The translations under genes were made by a program, and so were the position numbers. From Gracilinanus agilis (lineage: Eukaryota), in assembly GCF_016433145.1 (NCBI RefSeq), contig NC_058131.1, forward strand, positions 30,037,315 to 30,088,864: DNA of 51,550 nt. Reading direction: 5' to 3'. This document shows positions 47,791 through 51,550 of this stretch, piece after piece; within the stretch, counting starts at the first letter, position 1, and each line of letters opens with the position of its first letter. The notes beneath the pieces were generated by a model. That model saw nothing but the letters and a program-made list of their open reading frames with translations. It was not told where the DNA came from and did no database searches.

Positions 47791-48899
47791 TACGTCAAAG
47801 GAGGAAGGCTGCATGGGTGCTGTGCCTGCCTAGCCCAAGGACAACAGAGAGAACAGAGCCAGGAGCTCTGAGCAGAAAAGTAACCAGCGAGAATGGCAGG
47901 GAGAAGGCCGGGTGATAGACGGGAAAGAAAGGGCAGAGATTCTAATGGTCCGTTAGGAAAAAGGCTCTGAGGCGGACAAGACCCAGGGAAGAAGGCCCAG
48001 GGGGCAGAGCTGGGGGGAAAGCTGGGCCTGGCTGGTCAAGGGTAAATGGTGGCCCACACCTGTCCTGGAGCTTCCTAATCTGTCTCCAAAGGGGAGGCAT
48101 GGAGTCTCATGTCAGAAAGATCTATTCTAGGAGCCCACAGAGGAGGGCAGGGACAGAGACTTCATGTTCCCCTCATTTGCTCCCAAATCCCCCAGCCCAG
48201 GCCCATCTCTTACCCCCCAACCCCAGAGTAGCAGGTGGCACACGCTGGGCAATTTGTCTCAAGACTGAGGGGTTCCATGACCAAAGTGGGCTGGAAACTA
48301 CTCTGCGCAGCATTACTGAATTAAGAAGAAACCCGGAGCATCACTGGGAGAGAAGCGGGGAAGAAGCAAAGGACTGGGGTTCTTTATGGAGAGGCTGACC
48401 ATCGCCTTAAACTGAGGGGTAAAGGGATAAGAAGTGGCCCAGGAAGGAGTGTCAGGAAGCCCCGAGTTTAGATCCATCACCAGACCCCACCAATGGTATG
48501 ATTCTAGATGAAGCACTTAACATCTCAGCCTCAGTTTCCTCATCTGTACATGGGGACAAAACAGGAGAACCTACGCTTTGAAGGGAGTAAAGGGGTCCAA
48601 CCTGGGGGAGGAGGGGAAGGGGTCCTGGCCTGAGGCTAAAGTCTGGCTGGTCCTTGCTCCCAAGGTGAGGAGAGTCTCCTACCAAAGGAGAAGCAGAACA
48701 GCTACTCTGAGAGGAAGAGCCGGAATTCCTGTGGGCGGCTGATATTGTGGGACTGGGGTCTGCCTTGACTTCCTTGGGAGGTTTATTTGTTTGTCTCTTG
48801 GAAAAGTCAATCACTGAAGTGACAGGGGACTGGGGGAGGAGGTCCCAATCCTGGGAAGTCTAGAGAAAGAGGGGTGGGGCATAGGGGTCCCTCCGGACT

Positions 48900-51230
48900 G
48901 TGATAATGAAGGGCCTGGGGGGGTACAGGCAGAGGAGGTCTAACTCCCCAGGGATGGGGCCAAGTTGTAGGGGGAGAGCATCCTTCTAAAGACTTTGACT
49001 GAAGGGAAGGCATCTGGAGCCTAGAAAAGTCTTCCCCAAGGGGCTGGCTTGGAGGGCTGGAAGGAATGTGTACTGAGAAGTACCAAATGGAAGAGCAACT
49101 GAAGAAGCTGGAGAATGGGATGGAAGACTGCTGATGGGGAAGATATCTCTTCCTGGGTGACCCTGACTGTAGATGGGGACCTCCCTGCTGGGGGAGCCAG
49201 ACTCCTGGGGGAGCTGAAGCTTTTCCTCAGGAAGGGGCTGGGGGGTCTGGCTAGAACAGCACTGGGGTGGGGGCCTGACTATCCTCCAGAGGGACTGAGC
49301 TATGGAGAGAAGCCTTGAGAGACAGGATGGCCGCCTTCCCTAAGGGCAAGGCTAGAGAGCATCCTTCCTGAGGCAGCATCTCAAAGGTGTGGGGCTACCT
49401 CCCAAAGGAACTTGAGTAGGGTGGGGGGAAATGCTTCCAGGGAAGAGACTGGGGCAGGGGGGGAAGGAAGGTCTGATCTCTGTGAGGGAATACATGTAGG
49501 GAAGCCTTATCTTCTTTTCCCAGGAGCCTACCTGGAGGAGGGAGCCTCACTGTGGAGGGAAACTGACTCTTCCTGGGCTGAGGGGGTAACTATCTCCTGG
49601 GGAAGGGGCTGAAAGGGCTTGGGGAGGAGACTGACTCTCCAGAGGGGCACAGAGGGCAGGGACTGGTGGGGGGTGAGGGCAGGGAGAGAGAGAAGAGAAG
49701 GGGTCCAGTACAAAGTCTTCCCTGGGAGAGAGATCCCCTATTGGGGGACAACAAGTAACATCAAGGAATTTTAGGACTAGAATCTAGGAAAGGGGCTGTC
49801 TCTGGGGATGACTGGCAGAACTTCACTGTGGGGGGCTCCTGCAGAAGGGGGAGGGGTCCTGACTCTGAGAGGATGCATGGCAGGGAAGGGGAAATCTGGA
49901 TGGGGGAGAGCACAATATCTGCCTGTTTTGGAAAGGAAGAAGGGTCTCTCAAAAGGAAGAGCCTGGTTCCTAGTGGGGAGGGCAAGTCTGACTGTCCATC
50001 AAGGATGTGGATGGTCCAGAGTGTCTCACTCTTGGTAGAAGGAAGAGAGTTGTCTGTAGGGAAGGAGAAAAGTCAGGACAGGAGGGGGGTAGTCCCGGCA
50101 GGAGGAAATGTCTCCCTCTCTGAAGGGGGAGGGGTCCAGACTGTGGCAGAGGAAGGGGTATTGGGACAGGGGTGTCTGAAGGAAAGGAAAAGAGGGCTTT
50201 TGGAGAATGAATGGGGTGAGGATGGGAGCAGGAGACACTCACTCCTTGCCTTTGGAAAGTGCTACTCCTGAATTGGAGCTGGTGGGGGGGAGGCTGTGCT
50301 TAACAGGGTGGACTGGGAAGTGACCCTAGCTCTTGGAGGGAGGTTTTTGTCTCCAAAGGGGTGGGTCTGGAGGCAGAGGGTCACTTCTGGGGGAGTCTTG
50401 CTCTGGGGGGGGGGGGGGGCAGGGATACTGCTCTTGAATAGGAGGTCTCTATCTGTGGAGAGGGCAGAGGGTCACTCTTGGAGGTTTCCTCCTGACCTGC
50501 TCCTAAAAGAGGGGTGGTATCTAAGAGGGTGAGTGTCTGTCCTTTGGAAGCACCTTGTTGTCTGTAGGTGGGGGATTCTGCTTTTTAGAGGTGTCTCTTT
50601 GGAGGTCACTTTCCCAGGAGAATCCAGATCTCTGGGGTGTCTGACTCTTGGGGGAGGTCCTACTCTTTGGGGAGTCCCAATCTTTGGAGGAAGTTCCCCA
50701 AAGGAAGGGTGTTCCCTCTAGGACTTCTCCTGAATGGAGGGGTATGTGAAAGGGAGGGGTCCAGTTCTCTGGGAGGTGTCCCCTCTTTTGAAGTGTCCCC
50801 CTCTCTCTGCGGAAGTGAAGTATCCTCTCCACCCGGTCCCCATCACCAGCCCCACTCTCTGCAAGGGGCAGGGTGTCCCCTCTCAGGGATCCCTCTCTCC
50901 TGCCCTACTCTGAGGAGGGTGAGGTATCCTTTCCAATCTCCCTCTCCAAAGGGTCAGGGTTTTCCCCTCTCTATGAGGAGTGAAGTGTCCCTTTCTCCGG
51001 GTCTCTCTCTCTGCGGAGGACAAGTCGTCCCCCCTCAGGAGTGTCCGCCTTTTCTACTGGGGGTGTATCCTCTCTACGAAGGGGAGGGTATCCTCTCTCT
51101 GTGGGGTCTCCCTCTCCACGGGGGAGGCAGACGGTCCCCCGGGGAGGGAGGGTCCTTCTCTCCTGTCCCCCTCTCGCAGGTCCCTCTCTCCCCTTCTCCG
51201 CCGGGGGAGGAGGGTCCCCACTCTCTCCGC
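48900..51230. repeat. Degenerate minisatellite-like array, unit ~GGGGAGGGT(G/A)TCCCCTCTCT(CTGC), ~16-28 bp
   Basis: About 20 recognisable units in 50770-51230 (e.g. GGGAGGTGTCCCCTCTTTTG, AAGGGGAGGGTATCCTCTCTCTG, GGGGAGGGAGGGTCCTTCTCTCC), decaying leftward into G/A-rich sequence. Includes a G15 run at 50405-50419. Confidence 0.65.
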
Positions 51231-51550
51231 GCCGGCGCCCGCCCCTGCCCCCAGACCGTCCCCACTCTCGGCCCGGTTCGCCCCGCCCGGCCCAGCCCGC
51301 TACCTGAGCGTGGGCCCGATGCAGGCCGTGTCGGTGCTCTCAATCTCCCGCAGGATCCGCTCATGCTCCGCCGCCGTCTCCAGGCTCTCCGCCTCCGCCA
51401 TCTTCCCCCGCTCCATGGGCCGGCGTCCACCCGCCCCGCCCCGCCGCCCCGGTCTCCCGCTGCGCTGCGCTGCTCGGCCGCTCGTCCGCTCGGAGCCGCC
51501 CGCAGCCTCTTAGCCTCGCAGCCCAGCAGCCTAGCAGCCGCCCCGCGCCC
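51000..51550. promoter_or_regulatory. EXOC6B: CpG island / EXOC6B promoter-5'UTR with Sp/KLF GC boxes
   Basis: Very high GC and CpG density around exon 1. Tandem GGGCGG boxes on the minus strand (+ strand CCGCCCCGCCCCGCCGCCCC at ~51431-51450; CCGCCCC near 51538-51544). No TATA box seen; TSS not determinable. Confidence 0.85.
51304..51416 (-). CDS. EXOC6B: EXOC6B (exocyst complex component 6B / SEC15B) coding exon 1, 113 nt, ends in phase 2
   Basis: The minus strand reads ATGGAGCGGGGGAAGATGGCG...GGGCCCACGCTCAG|gtagcg, i.e. MERGKMAEAESLETAAEHERILREIESTDTACIGPTL+AG, matching the mammalian EXOC6B N-terminus as I recall it. The paralog EXOC6 starts MAENSESLGTVPEHERILQEIESTDTACVGPTLR, so this is 6B. 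GT donor at 51303-51302; in-frame stops upstream and no upstream ATG in the window. The ORF track misses it because read-through gives AGG TAG (38 aa). Confidence 0.96.

Larger units (their letters stand above)
1..51303 (-). other. EXOC6B: EXOC6B intron 1 (partial, >51 kb)
   Basis: Lies downstream of the exon 1 donor. The expected next residues (SVYDGEEHGRFMEKLETRIRNHDREIEKMCNFHYQGF, recalled) were not found by eye or in the ORF track. Content is interspersed repeats and unique non-coding sequence. Confidence 0.85.

Noticed and set aside
48225-48243. Second CTCF-like motif (GTAGCAGGTGGCAC)
   Set aside because: Lacks both leading Cs of the core; too weak to call.
51074-51430. 118-aa minus-strand ORF overlapping exon 1 in another frame
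   Set aside because: Non-ATG start, Arg/Gly low complexity, and it runs through the splice donor; not the EXOC6B frame.
50980-51513. 177-aa + strand ORF antisense to exon 1
   Set aside because: GTG start, Pro/Arg/Ser-rich shadow of the CpG island and the repeat array; no recognisable protein.
1-51550. A novel multi-gene system, CRISPR array or endogenous viral ORF
   Set aside because: No repeat-spacer arrays, operon-like ORFs or viral protein motifs were seen; the window is explained as exon 1 plus intron 1 of a conserved eukaryotic gene with typical marsupial repeats.

Overview
This is mammalian, specifically marsupial, genomic DNA. The SINE1_Mdo-type and MAR1-type SINEs and the marsupial L1/RTE fragments point to a didelphid opossum or close relative (inferred from recalled repeat consensuses). 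The only protein-coding sequence I can support is coding exon 1 of EXOC6B (exocyst subunit SEC15B) on the minus strand at 51304-51416, encoding MERGKMAEAESLETAAEHERILREIESTDTACIGPTL-R, inside a CpG-island promoter at the right edge. I found no exon 2 sequence, so the other ~51.3 kb reads as EXOC6B intron 1. It is a mosaic of GC/CpG-rich blocks (SINE/MIR/L2-rich) and AT-rich blocks (L1/LTR/RTE/CR1), with three N gaps. The six-frame ORFs are almost all spurious GC-rich or repeat-derived frames. I found no tRNA, rRNA, snoRNA, CRISPR or viral gene, and no convincing novel multi-gene system. The observations most worth follow-up are: (i) a ~2.3 kb degenerate array of self-complementary purine/pyrimidine units just inside intron 1, with inverted GC skew; (ii) two canonical G-quadruplex motifs directly behind a weak 5' splice site; (iii) repeats that appear rewritten A/T->G/C with gained CpGs, consistent with GC-biased gene conversion; (iv) a sense-oriented L1 that keeps its 5' end but lacks ORF2 and is split by a nested L1; (v) two candidate poison exons. 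Repeat boundaries were estimated by eye and are approximate.
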